Shown one piece after another: positions 40,714 through 56,586 of a stretch of DNA of 64,000 nt. The notes below the pieces were generated by a model. The model was not told where the DNA came from. It saw only the letters and a program-made list of their open reading frames with translations, and did not search any database. The stretch comes from the human T2T-CHM13v2.0 reference genome, Homo sapiens, in the NCBI RefSeq assembly GCF_009914755.1, contig NC_060928.1; one strand, written 5' to 3'. The position numbers and the translations under genes are program-made. Position 1 is the first letter of the stretch. Every line of letters begins with the position of its first letter.

Positions 40714-41210
40714 TGTTCTCCTGCTGAAATAAACATTTTCACAGGATATCAGCATTAGACAAGGCCACTCTGTGATCGTGAAGGATAAAGAAAAAAACCA
40801 AGACCATTGTGTAATTATGTTTCAACACAGATAAATTATGGACATTGTCCAAGACACAAAACTGACCAAACATCCCTTTATTCTGGCTAATATGAATGAC
40901 TGCTGATTTTTTTAAACCAATTATGGCTTTAGCCTGGCTCTCTTCATCCCTTTTTCCACATAAGATTTATCACGATACTTAGTCATAGAAGTACTTTTGC
41001 TTCCTGATAGTATCCAATCAACAGCAAAGTCCACTTCCTTAAACCCTCCCAAAAATCACCTAACAGGACCAACATTCTACACTAAATCCTTTCTAATACT
41101 TTCTTACTGAGACACTCCATGGTTCCTCACTGTGTGTGTTCTCTCTTGCCACAGCACATGATTCAACTACACGTGTATTTCTGGTAGTCTCTGTCTGCAG
41201 GGCATTGACA
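40714..41210 (+). mobile_element. ERV1-class solo LTR (MER89/MER90-like)
   Basis: ~490 bp TG..CA unit: gctgaaataaac..agacaaggccactctgtga..ctggctaatatgaatgactgctg..agggcattgaca; family name from recall; no clear TSD. Confidence 0.6.
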
Positions 41211-42194
41211 GCTACTCCTTTTGAAAACCACAAGTCACAGGATTTAAAGTCATATAGCAAGGAAAGGACATTTTGTGACCTTGGATAAGTTATTTAATGT
41301 CTCTGTTCATTTTCCCACTTGTTAAAATTAGGGGACTGAGCTCATGCATTCTATGTGCCTTTTTAGCACTAACATGCTATGGGTATCTGTGTCAGACACT
41401 TACCAACATTAGGAGTGCTGTGGAACAGAAATACTTAATGCAGGAATGTCCTCAAATTCTGATCTTTCCTAGACTGCCAAAGAAAATCCTGTAATTCCAA
41501 ATTCAATTTATCCCCTCCTCCCACCTCTTCATGAAAAGGAGCTCTTTCTTTCTGGGAAATAGGCTAATATGCTGAGAGTAGAGGAAGGAGAAGAAGGAAA
41601 GAAAACCACGTAGGCTGGGAATGGAGAAGGAGATTTTCTGGGAATCACAGAGACTGATAGAGACATGGAAACACCAGAGAGAAGTGGCTGAGAGGAAACA
41701 GGAAAATAAAGCATTGTGTAGATCATGTATTTGTATCCCTTTTATTGCCTTTAAAAAGTAGCAAGTAAATAATAGGATTGATTATTGAGTAATCTGGGTT
41801 GTTGAATAGTGTGTCCTGAAGAGAACATTCATCAATAATTGAATGTGAGTTTATAGGATTTGGGGAACACATTTGTTATATAGTCAGAGAACCCCCCAAA
41901 GAAGGCCTGTTTCTCCTGGAGAGCTTGCCACTTTATAGTTAATAAAGGTAAGAAGAAGCTTCTTTTTCAAACATTTTCAGGATTTAACCATTCACAGCTT
42001 CTCCTGATCTCCATTCGGAAGGACCCATAGAGTCCAGCCCTTGTGTGGGCGATAATGAGAATGTGCTTACATGGAGCTGGATGAAAGAGGCAGAAATCAG
42101 TATCACTAGTTTAAAGGTTTATGAGGCTTAGTTAATTAAAGCTTTTAATTTGCACGGGAACCCAAAGAAGCTAATCTTTGTCAGATCCAAACAG

Positions 42195-42300
42195 TAAGAT
42201 GACTAGCCATTCTGGTTTTCCCATAATGATGAGGTTTCCTGAGATGGAGAACTTCCAGTGCTAAAACCAGGACATTCCTAGGCAAACTGAGATCAACTTA
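42195..42300 (-). mobile_element. MER81-like hAT-Blackjack MITE relic
   Basis: reverse strand reads cagtttgcctaggaatgtcctggttttagcactggaagttctc..ggaaacc..aaaccagaatggctagtcatctta, a CpG-decayed MER81. Confidence 0.7.
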
Positions 42301-43956
42301 GCATTCCTCTTCCTCACAGACTCAAGTTTTCTTCCATTTAAAATGCTGTTACAGACTGAATGCTTCTTTCTAACATGTTCCCTGTGCATCAGATCTCTGC
42401 TAAATAATGGAGTCCTAGAACTGGAAGGGATGCTTAGATGTCATGAGGTCATCCACTGCCTTCCAGTAGGTTTCATTCAGCTGGGCTGTTTAGATCATCT
42501 GCTCCTAAAAAACGATGTGCTGGGAAACAGAGTCCACAGATAGTGTAGAGTCTGATACTTAGTCTGTAATTTTATAATCCTTACTATTTGCTATTTGAAT
42601 ATCTTTCATATTATGTGGTTTCTTTTTTTCTTACACGTTATTATAGGATTGAGAGGTGTGGCTGCCAGTTTCTGCAGAGGAATTATGGAGGTTGAGTTTA
42701 GAAGTTCATGGTTCTAGCAATAGCCATGGTTTGGGGGGAAATTACTGCTTTGTTTTGGCAAATGTAAATATAAGTTTTCAGGAAATATGTGCCTAAATTA
42801 AGAGTGCAGTGTTTAGACGGTTCCCCCAAACTGCTGTTAAAACTATAAGGAGATTGGCTTGTCTCATTGATAAGGAAGAAAGTTGCTAATATTTTATTTC
42901 CTGCTTGTTTTATTAATTCTTTATATTTGATATTCTCTTATATCCTACTCAAATATGTGTATAGATCTCAATAATTCTAAAAGTTCAGGGAATGGAATTC
43001 ATTTTTTTTGGTAAATATATTGCCGTTTTCTATCTCATTAGGGTAGACAATTTGTCTATCTCAATTGGCCAAACTGCTATTGGGTCGCAGTCGCCTTAGC
43101 TTGTGTAAACTATAAAGAACTGGTTCAGATACTCTATATGGAACTCTGTCAAATTCTGGTTCCCAAACCTTGGCTCAGTTTAAGACTTCAAGATACACAC
43201 ATAAATGTAAATAAATAAATTAAAAGTATATATATATTTATTGTTGTTGTTGTTATTGTTAGATAGATTGTTTTGTCCCAAAGGTATAACCAGTACGTGG
43301 TCACTATAGTAAATACATAAATTACAGAAAAATAATAGGAAGAAGAAGAAAATTACTCTGATTCCACCTAAAGATAGTGATTGATTTGGGGGTATTTCTT
43401 TTTGCTCTTTATTTCTATGTAGTGTTGTTTGTTTCACATATTATAATATTGCATCCTACCCTTTTCACTTATAATTATAACACAAGCATTTTTCCATTTA
43501 ATCATGAACTCTTTTTAAATAACATGTGTAATGGTTGCACAACATTCCATGGCATGCTGTAGCATTTCAGTAGAACATAGCTCGGTGGAGGAGACAACAG
43601 TATACACATAGAGTAAGCTTAGATTATGTTCTCAAATTAGTTAGGCAAGAATGTAAAATCTGATGGGCAGCAAGGTGTCCTCAGAGGATGGGAGCAGATG
43701 CAGGATAAATCAGCATGGCTTCTCTTACTCTGTGCTGATCCTCATGAGGCACGTGGCTGCAGCTGATATCCTTCATAGCGGGTCTCTGGATCTGGAAAGC
43801 TCCACAATCCTTTCACCACCCTTTTATATGCTTCTTGGAAGAATTTACACCAACAAACTATGCATTTTTGTTGAAGATAATTATTACAACATTGAACTTT
43901 TCTGGAACCAAACTCAGCAAAGAATAGGTGATGTTCTCGTCTTGAAGGACATATAG

Positions 43957-44533
43957 GGTATCAATTTATTGCCTCACAGCTACAAATTCACTCTTCATTG
44001 CATGCTCTGAGAAAATGGATATGGGCCCTTTAAATATTTTTCTTTGCCAGATGGCACCATGTTAATCTTTGTCGGTAGAGGGTGCATGAGAGACATGATA
44101 GGAGGAACGGGCTTTGCTTCCTGGTCTGACCATTTTTATATGCAAGCTCCTGGAATGCCTGTGGTTTCTCCAGCACCTGGGTCCTGCTGGCAACCAGCAG
44201 CACCCAGTGGCCAGCAGCGTACTCTTTCACCTCTTCTTGGGTGACTTTGTGGAATGCTCCAATGTGACATCTCCCTGTGAACGCCTTTCCTGACACCCTA
44301 AAAAGTGTCAGGAATTTCCAGCAAGTTCCAGAGAGCAGGTTTCCAGCAAGTTTGGTCAGTATGACACCACAGCGATATCTCTGCCATTCACTGAACTTGG
44401 ATTCTTCCTTCTTCAGTGAGGTATGGATTTCAACCCTGGATTGGGAAGTGGCTGGGGACCCTTCCCTGGGCACTGTATCCCAGCCCTGGGGACAGTGGCT
44501 GCTTCATATTCCCGTATCCATTAGCATTCTCTT
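43957..44533 (+). mobile_element. ERVL-class LTR (MER73/MER74-like), 3' end missing
   Basis: gtatcaatttattgcctcacagctacaaattcactcttcattgc..tttgccagatggcacc..gtagagggtgc..cccagccctggggacagtggctgc; cut by L1-D poly(T). Confidence 0.7.
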
Positions 44534-47500
44534 CTTTTTTTTTTTTTCCTTTCCAACTTTTATTTTAGGTTCAGGGGTACATGCGCAGGTTTGTTACATG
44601 GGTAAACTATATGTGATGGGGGTTTGGTGTACAGATTATTTCATCACCCAGATAATAAGCATAGTACTTGACAAGTAGTTTTTCAATCCTCACCCTCCTC
44701 TCACCCTCCACCCTCAAGTAGGCCCAGGTATTTAGTTTCCTTCTTTCTGTCCATGTGTACTCAATGTTTAGCTTCCACTTATAAGTGAGAACGTGAAGTA
44801 TTTATTTTCTGTTCTTGCATTAAATTGCTTAGGATACTGGCCTCTAGCTCTATTCATGTTGCTGAAAAGGACAAGATTTCACTGTTTTTTATGGCTGCGT
44901 AGTATTCTGTGGTATATAATATGTACCACATGCTCATTATCCAGTCCACCATTGATAGGCATCTAAGTGGATTCCATGTCTTTGCTATTGTGAATAGTGC
45001 TGTGATCAACATATGCATGCATGTCTTTATGGGAAAATTATTTATGTTCCTTTGTGTATATACCCAGTAATGGGATTGCTGGCAGTTCTGTCTTAAATTC
45101 TCTGAGAAATCTCCAGACTGCTTTCCACAGTGGCTGAACTAATTTACGTTCCCAACAGCAGTGTGTATGCATTCCCTTTGCTCCACAACCTCACCAGCAT
45201 CTGTTATTTTTTGACTTTCTAATAATAGCCATTCTGACTGGTGTGAGATGGTATCTCATTGTGGTTTTGATTTGCATTTCTGTAATGATTAGTGATATTG
45301 AGCTTTTTTTCATAGGCTTGTTGGCTGCATGTATGTCTTCTTTGGAGAAATGTCTGTTCACGTCATTTGCCCATTTTTTAATGGGGTTGTTTGTTTTTTG
45401 CTTGTTAATTTATTTAAGTTCCTTATAGATTCTGGATAGTAGACCTTTGGTGTATGGTTTGCAAATATTTTCTCCCATTCTGTAGGTTGTCTGTTTACTC
45501 TGTTGATAATTCCCTTTTTTGTGCAGAAGCTCTTTAGTTTAATTAGATCCCACTTGTCAATATTTGTTTTTGTTGCAATTGCTTTTGAAGTCTTTGTCAT
45601 GAAATTTTTGCCAGGGCCTATGTCCAGAGGGTACTTGCTAGGTTTTCTTCTAGGGTTTTCATAGTTTTAGGTTTTACATTTAAGTATGTAATCCATCTTA
45701 ATTTGTGTATATGGTGTAAGGAAGGGGTCCAGTTTCCATTTTCTACATATGGCCAGCCAGTTATCCTAGCACCATTTATAAAATAGGGCATCCTTTCCCC
45801 ATTGCTTGTTTTCATTGACTTTGTTGATTATCAGTTGTAGGTTTCTGGCTTTATTTCGGAGTTCTCTAACCTGTTCCATTGGTCTATGTGTCTGTTTTTG
45901 TATCAGTATCATACTGTTTTGGTTACTGTGGCCTTGTAGTAAAATTTGAAGTTAGGTAGTGTGATACCTCCAGCTTTATACTTTTTCCTTAGGATTTCTT
46001 TGGCTATTTGGGCACTTTTCTGGTTCCATATGAATTTTAGAATAGTTTTTCTAATTCTGTAAAAAATGTCATTGGTAGCTTGATAGGAATGGCATTGAAC
46101 ATATAAATTTCTTTGGACAGTATGGCTGTTTTAACAATATTGATTCTTCCTATCCATGAGCATGGAATATTTTTCCATTTCTTTGTGTCATCTCTGATTT
46201 CTTTCAGCAGTATTTTGTAATTCTTGTTGTAGGGATCTTTTACCTCCCTGTTTAGCTCTATTGCTAGGTACTTCTTTGTGTTGCTTTTGTGAATGGGGTT
46301 GCATTTTAAAAAATAATTTAAAAAATTTTGAGGGGTACATATTAGGTGTACATATTTATGAGGTACATGAGATGTTTTGGTACAGGCATGTAACACATAA
46401 TAATCATGTCATACAAAATTGGCTATTTATCCCCTCAAGTATTTATCCTTTGTATTACTCTTTTAGTTATTTTAAAATAACTAAAATTATGCTTTTAGTT
46501 ATTTTAAAATGTACAATTAAATTATTGTTGACTATAGTGCCCCTGTTATGCTGTCAAATACTAGGTCTTACTCTTTCTTTCTATTTTATTTTGTACCCAT
46601 TAACCAACCCCACTTCTTCCCTGCCCTCCCACTACCCTTCCCAGCCTCTGGTAACTATCCTGTTCTCTATCTCTGTGAGTTCAATTGTTTTGATTTTTAG
46701 ATTTCACAAATAAGTGAGAACATGTGATGTTTTTCTTTATCTGCCTAGCTTATTTCACTTAACATGATGACAGCCAGTTCCATCCATGTCGTCGCAAGTA
46801 ACAGAATCTCATTCTTTTTTTTGTGGCTGAATAGTACTCCATTGTGTATAAGTATGACATTTTCTTTATCCATTCTTCTATTGATGAACACTTAGGTTGC
46901 TTCTAATGTTGGCTGTTGTTAACAGTGATACAACAAACATGGTAGTGCAGATATCTCTTCAGTATACTGATTTTTTTCTTTTGGTACATACCCAGAAGTG
47001 GGATTGCTGGATCACATAATAGCTCTATTTTAGTCTTTCAAGGAACCTCCAAACTGTTTTCCATAGCGGTTGTACTAATTTACATTTCCACCAACAGTAT
47101 ATGAGGGTTCCCTTTTCTCCATATCCTCACCAGCATTTGTTTTTGGCTGACTTTTGGATAAAAGCCATTTTAACTGGAGTGAGATGATATCTTGTAATTT
47201 TGATTTGCATTTCTCTGATGATCAGTAGCATTGACCACTTTTTCATATGCCTGTTTGCCATTTGCATGTCTTCTTTTGAGAAATGTCTATTAAAATATTT
47301 TGCCCATTTTTAAATCGGATTATTAGATTTTTTTCCTATAGGGTTGTTTGAGCTCTTTATATAGTCTGCTTATTAATCCCTTGACAGATGGGTGTTGCAA
47401 ATATTTTCTCCCATTCTGTGGGTTGTCTCTTCACTTTGTTGATTGTTTCCTTTGCTGTGCAGAAGCTTTTTAACTTGATGTGATCCCATTTGTCCATTTT

Positions 47501-47844
47501 TTTCTTTGGTTGCCTGTGCTTGTGGGGTACGACTCAAGAAATTTTTGCCCAGACCAATGTTCTGGAGAGTTTCCTCAATATTTTCTTGTAGCAATTTCAT
47601 AATTTGAGGTCTTAGATTGAAGTCTTTATTTTATTTTATTATTAAACTTTAAGTTTTAGGGTACATGTGCACAATGTGCAGGTTTGTTACATATGTATGC
47701 ATGTGCCATGTTGGTGTGCTGCACCCATTAACTCGTCATTTAACGTTAGGTATATCTCCTAATGCTATCCCTCCCCCCTCCCCCGACCCCACAACAGGCC
47801 CTGGTGTGTGATGTTCCCCTTCCTGTGTCCGTGTGTTCTCATTG

Positions 47845-51665
<3,821 letters not shown>

Positions 51666-51728
51666 TATGATGTTAGCTGGTTATTTTGCTCATTAGTTGA
51701 TGCAGTTTCTTCCTAGCCTCGATGGTCT

Positions 51729-52744
51729 TTACAATTTGGCATGTTTTTACAGTGGCTGGTACCGGTTGTTCCTTTCCATGTTTAGTGCTTCCTTCAGGAG
51801 CTCTTTTAGGGCAGGCCTGGTGGTGACAAAATCTCTCAGCATTTGCTTTTCTGTAAAGTATTTCATTTCTCCTTCACTTATGAAGCTTAGTTTGGCTGGA
51901 TATGAAATTCTGGGTTGAAAATTCTTTTCTTTAAGAATGTTGAATATTGGCCCCCACTCTCTTCTGGCTTGTAGAGTTTCTGCCGAGAGATCCACTGTTA
52001 GTCTGATGGGCTTCCCTTTGTGGGTAACCTGGCGTTTCTCTCTGGCTGCCCTTAGCATTTTTTCCTTCATTTCAACTTTGGTGAATCTGACAATTATGTG
52101 TCTTGGAGTTGCTCTTCTCGAGGAGTATCTTTTTGGCATTCTCTGTATTTCCTCAATTTGAATGTTGGCCTGCCTTGCTAGATTGGGGAAGTTCTCCTGG
52201 ATAATATCCTGCAGAATGTTTTCCAACTTGTTTCCATTCTCCCTGTCAGTTTCAGGTACACCAATCAGACGTAGAGTTGGTCTTTTCCCATAGTCCCATA
52301 TTTCTTGGAGGCTTTGTTCGTTTCTTTTTATTCTTTTTTCTCTAAACTTCTCTTCTCACTTCATTTCATTCATTTGATCTTTCATCACTGATACCCTTTC
52401 TTCCAGTTGATCAAATCGGCTACTGAGGCTTGTACATTCGTCACGTAGTTCTCATGCCATGGTTTTCAGCTCCATCAGATCCTTTAAGGACTTCTCTGCA
52501 TTGGTTATTCTAGTTAGCCATTCGTCTAATCTTTTTTCAAGGTTTTTAACTTCTTTGCCATGGGTTCTAACTTCCTCCTTTAGCTCGGAGTAGTTTGATC
52601 GCGTGAAGCCTTCTTCTCTCAACTCGTCAAAGTCATTCTCTGTCCAGCTTTGTTCCATTGCTGGTGAGGAGCTGCATTTGTTTGGAGGAGGAGAGGCGCT
52701 CTGCTTTTTAGAATTTCCAGTTTTTCTGCTCTGTTTTTTCCCAT
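51729..52744 (-). pseudogene. L1-F ORF1, disrupted
   Basis: Fragments MEQSWTENDFDELREEGF (52452-52658) and ENILQDIIQENFPNLARQ (51747-52226). Confidence 0.92.
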
Positions 52745-52869
52745 CTTTGTGGTTTTAGCTACCTTTTGTCTTTGATGATGGTGACATACAGATGGGGTTT
52801 TGGTGTGGATGTCCTTTCACTTTGTTAGTTTTCCTTCTAACAGTCAGGACCCTCAGCTGCAGGTCTGTT

Positions 52870-52998
52870 GGAGTTTGCTGGAGGTCCACTCCAGACCCTG
52901 TTTGCCTGGGTATCAGCAGCGGAGGCTGCAGAACAGTGGATGTTGGTGAACAGCAAATGTTGCTGCCTGATCATTCCTCTGGAAGTTTTGTCTCAGAG
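52870..52998 (-). promoter_or_regulatory. ~129-bp L1 5' UTR segment retained in L1PA4-and-older elements (ZNF93-binding region)
   Basis: gagtttgctggaggtccactcc..ggaagttttgtctcagag is present; this block is absent from L1HS/L1PA2. Confidence 0.7.
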
Positions 52999-53319
52999 GA
53001 GTACCTGGCCGTGTGAGGTGTCAGTCTGCCCCTACTGGGGGGTGCCTCCCAGTTAGGCTACTCGGGGGTCAGGGACCCACTTGAGGAGGCAGTCTGTCCG
53101 TTCTCAGATCTCAAGCTGTGTGCTGGGAGAGCCACTACTCTCTTCAAAGCTGTCAGACAGGGACATTTAAGTCTGCAGAGGTTTCTGCTGCCTTTTGTTT
53201 GGCTATGCCCTTCCCCCAGAGGTGGAGTCTACAGAGGCAGGCAGGCCTCCTTGAGCTGCAGTGGGCTCCACCCAGTTTGAGCTTCCCAGCCGCTTTGTTT
53301 ACCTACTGAAGCCTCGGCA

Positions 53320-53781
53320 ATGGTGGGCACCCCTCCCCCAGCCTCGCTGCTGCCTTGCAGTTTGATCTCAGACTGCTGTGCTAGCAATGAGCGAGGCTCT
53401 GTCGGCATAGGATCCTCCGAGCCAGGCATGGGATACAATCTCCTGGTGTGCCGTTTGCTAAGGCCCTTGGAAAAGTGCAGTATTAGGGTGGGAGTGACCC
53501 GATTTTCCAGGTGCCATCTGTCACCCCTTGTCTTGGCTAGGAAAGGGAATTCCCTGACCCCTTGTGCTTCCCAGGTGAGGCCATGCCTCGCTCTGCTTTG
53601 GCTCACGCTCGGTGTGCTGCACCCACTGTCCTACACCCACTGTCTGACAATCCCCAGTGAGATGAACCGGGTACCTCAGTTGGAAATGCAGAAATCATTC
53701 ATCTTATGCGTCACTCACACTGGGAGCTGTAGACTGGAGCTGCTCCTATTCGGCCATCTTGGCTCAGATTTAAGTCTTTAA
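53320..53781 (+). CDS. ORF0: LINE-1 ORF0 homologue, open and extended to 153 aa (candidate; expression unknown)
   Basis: MVGTPPPASLLPCSLISDCCASNERGSVGIGSSEPG..IRVGVTRFSRC matches L1 ORF0; ATG in gcaATGg context; antisense in L1-F 5' UTR. Confidence 0.6.
   Translation: MVGTPPPASLLPCSLISDCCASNERGSVGIGSSEPGMGYNLLVCRLLRPLEKCSIRVGVTRFSRCHLSPLVLARKGNSLTPCASQVRPCLALLWLTLGVLHPLSYTHCLTIPSEMNRVPQLEMQKSFILCVTHTGSCRLELLLFGHLGSDLSL
53752..53762 (-). promoter_or_regulatory. YY1 site of L1-F sense promoter
   Basis: reverse strand ccAAGATGGCC, intact, at the L1 5' tip. Confidence 0.8.
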
Positions 53782-56208
53782 TCCATTTTTATTTGATTTT
53801 TGTATAAGGCGAGAAATAGGGATCAAGTTTCATTCTTCTGCGTATGGATATCTAGTTTTCCTGGCATCATTTATCAAAGAGACTGTCTTTTCCCCCAATA
53901 TGTGTTCCTGGCACCTTTGTTGAAACTGAGTTCATTGTAGGTGTGTGGATTTGTTTGTGGGTTCTGTATTGGTCTATGTGTCTGTCTTTATGCCAGTACC
54001 ACACTGTTTTGGTTACTATAGCTCTAGCTCTGTAGTATAATTTAAAGTCAGGTAATGTGATTCCTCCAGCTTTGTTTTTTGTTTGTTTGTTTGTTTGTTT
54101 TTTTGTTTGTTCAGAATAGCTTTGGCTATTCTGGGTCTTTTGTGATTCCATATAAATTTTATGATTTTTTTTCTACTTCTGTGAAGATTTCATTGGTATT
54201 TTGATAGGGATTGCATTGAATCTGTAGGTTGCTCAAGGTAGTATGGACATTTTAGCAAAATTGTTTTTTCCAATCCATGAACATGGAATATCTTTGCATT
54301 TTTCTGTGTCCATTTCTTCCATCATTGTTTTATAATTTTCATTGTAGAGGTCTTTCATTTCTTTGGTTAATTCCTAGGTATTTGGAATTGCATTTGTGAT
54401 TTGGATCTCAGCTTGAATGTTATTGGTATAGAGAAACGCTACTGATTTTTGTACATTGTTTTTGTATCTTGAAGTTTTACTGAAGTTGTTTACCAGATAT
54501 AGGACCTTTTGGGCAGAGACTATGGGGTTTTCTGGGTATAAAATAATATCATCTGTGAAGAGAGATAGTTTGACTTCCTCTATTCCTACTTGGATGCCTT
54601 TTAATTCTTTCTCTTGCCTGATTGCTCAGCTAGGACTTCCAGTATGCATTTAATATGAGTGGTGAGAGTGGGCTTCCTTGTCTTGTTCTGGTTCTTAAGG
54701 GGAATGCATTCAGCTTTTGCCCATTCAGTATGATGTTGGCTGTGGGTTTGTCATAGATGGCTCTTATATTTTATGCATAATTTGTTGAGGGTTTTTAACA
54801 TGAAGAGATGTTGAATTTTATTGAAAGCCTTTTCTTTGTCTATTGAGATGATGATGTGGTTTTTATTTTTCCTTCTGTTTATGTTATGAATCACATTTAT
54901 TGATTTGTGTATGTTGAATCAACCTTGCATCCTAGGAATAAAGCCTACTTTCTCATGATGGATTAGCTTTTTGATGTGCTGCTGGATTCGGTTTGATAGT
55001 ATTTAGTTGAGGATTTTTGCATCTGTGTTCATCAAAGATATTGGCCTGATGTTTTGTGTCTGTGTGTGTCTGCTGGGTTTTGGTATCAGAATGGTGCTGG
55101 CCTCATAGAGTGAGTTAGGGAGGAGTCCTTTTCCTCAATTTTTGGGAATAGTTTCAGTAGAATTGGTACTGGCTCTTCATTATACATCTGGTAGAATTCT
55201 GCTGTGTAGCCATATGGCTCAGGGCTTTTTCTGATTGGTAGGTTTTTTATGAATGATTCAATTTTGGAACTCATTATTGGTCTGTTCAAGGTTTTAATTT
55301 CTTCCTGGTTCAATCTTGGGAGGTTGTATGTTTTCAGTAATTTATTCATTTCTTCTAGGTTTCTGGTATGTGTGTGTAGAGGTGTTCATAATAGTCTCTG
55401 AGGAGTTTTTCTATTTCTGTGGGGTCAGTGCTAATTCCCCCTTTGTCCTTTCTGATTGTCCTTTTTTGAATCTTCTCTCTTTTTTTCTATATAATTCTAA
55501 CTAGTAGTCTATCAATCTTATTTATTATTTCAAAAAACCAACTTTAGGTTTTGTTGATCTTTTGCATGTTTTTTCACATCTCAATTTTATTCAGTTTGGC
55601 TCTGATTTTGGTTATTTGTTTTCTTCTGTTAGCTTTGGGGTTTTTTTTTTCTTGTTTTTCTGATTCCTCTAGGTGTGACGTTAGATTGTTAATTTGAGAG
55701 CTTTCTAACTTTCTGATGTGGGCATTTAGCACTATAAACTATCCTCTTAACACTTCTTCATTTGTGTCCCAGAGATTCTAGTATATTGTATCTTTGTTTT
55801 CATAAGTTTCAAATAATTTTTTTATTTCTGCCTTAATTTCACTGTTTACCCAAAAGTCATTTATGAGACAGTTGTTTAGTTTTCATATAATTGTATTGTT
55901 TTGAGAGATCTTATTAGTATTGATTTCTGTTTTTATTTTGCTGTCTTCCAAAGGCTTGGTTGGTATGATTTTGATTTTTCTGAATGTGTTATGAATTGTT
56001 TTATGGCCAAGCATGTGGTTGATTTTAGAGTATGTGCCATGTGCAGATGAGAAGAATGTATATTTTGTTGTTGTTGGATGGAGTGTTTTGTAGATGTCTG
56101 TTAGGTCTATTTGGTCATATTGTGTTTAGGAATATGTAACAAATATGTAACAAATATCTTTGTTAGTTTTCTACCTTGATGTTCTGTCTATTACTGTCAG
56201 TGGGGTAC

Positions 56209-56586
56209 TGTATTAGTCTGTTCTCACACTGCTATAAAGAACTACCTGAGACTGGATAATTTATGGAGAAAAGAGGTTAAATTGACTCACAGTTTGCAGG
56301 CTGTACAGGAAGCATGACTGGGAGGGCTCAGGAATCTTATAATCATGGCAAAGGCAAAGGGGAAGCAAGCACATCTTACCATGGCAGAGCAGGAGAGAGA
56401 GAAGGGGAAAGTGCTACACACTTTCAAACAACCAGGTATCTTGATAACTCACTCACTATCATGAGAATAGCAAGGGGGAAGTCCACCCCTCATGATACAA
56501 TCACCTCCCACCAGGCCCCTCCTTCAACACTATTAATTACAATTTGATATGAGATTTGGGTGAGGACACAGTGTCAAACCATATCA
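56209..56586 (-). mobile_element. MaLR 3' LTR (MSTA-like)
   Basis: tgtattagtctgttctcacactgctataaagaactacctgagactgg..caggctgtacaggaagcatg..caaaccatatca; adjacent polypurine tract (56587-56625, reverse strand) marks it as the 3' LTR. Confidence 0.92.

Noticed and set aside
33420-43950. Possible coding exons in the unique middle region (e.g. ORFs 36753-37104, 40214-40632, 43663-43956)
   Set aside because: No protein similarity recognised and no clear exon boundaries; small or non-coding exons cannot be excluded without alignment.
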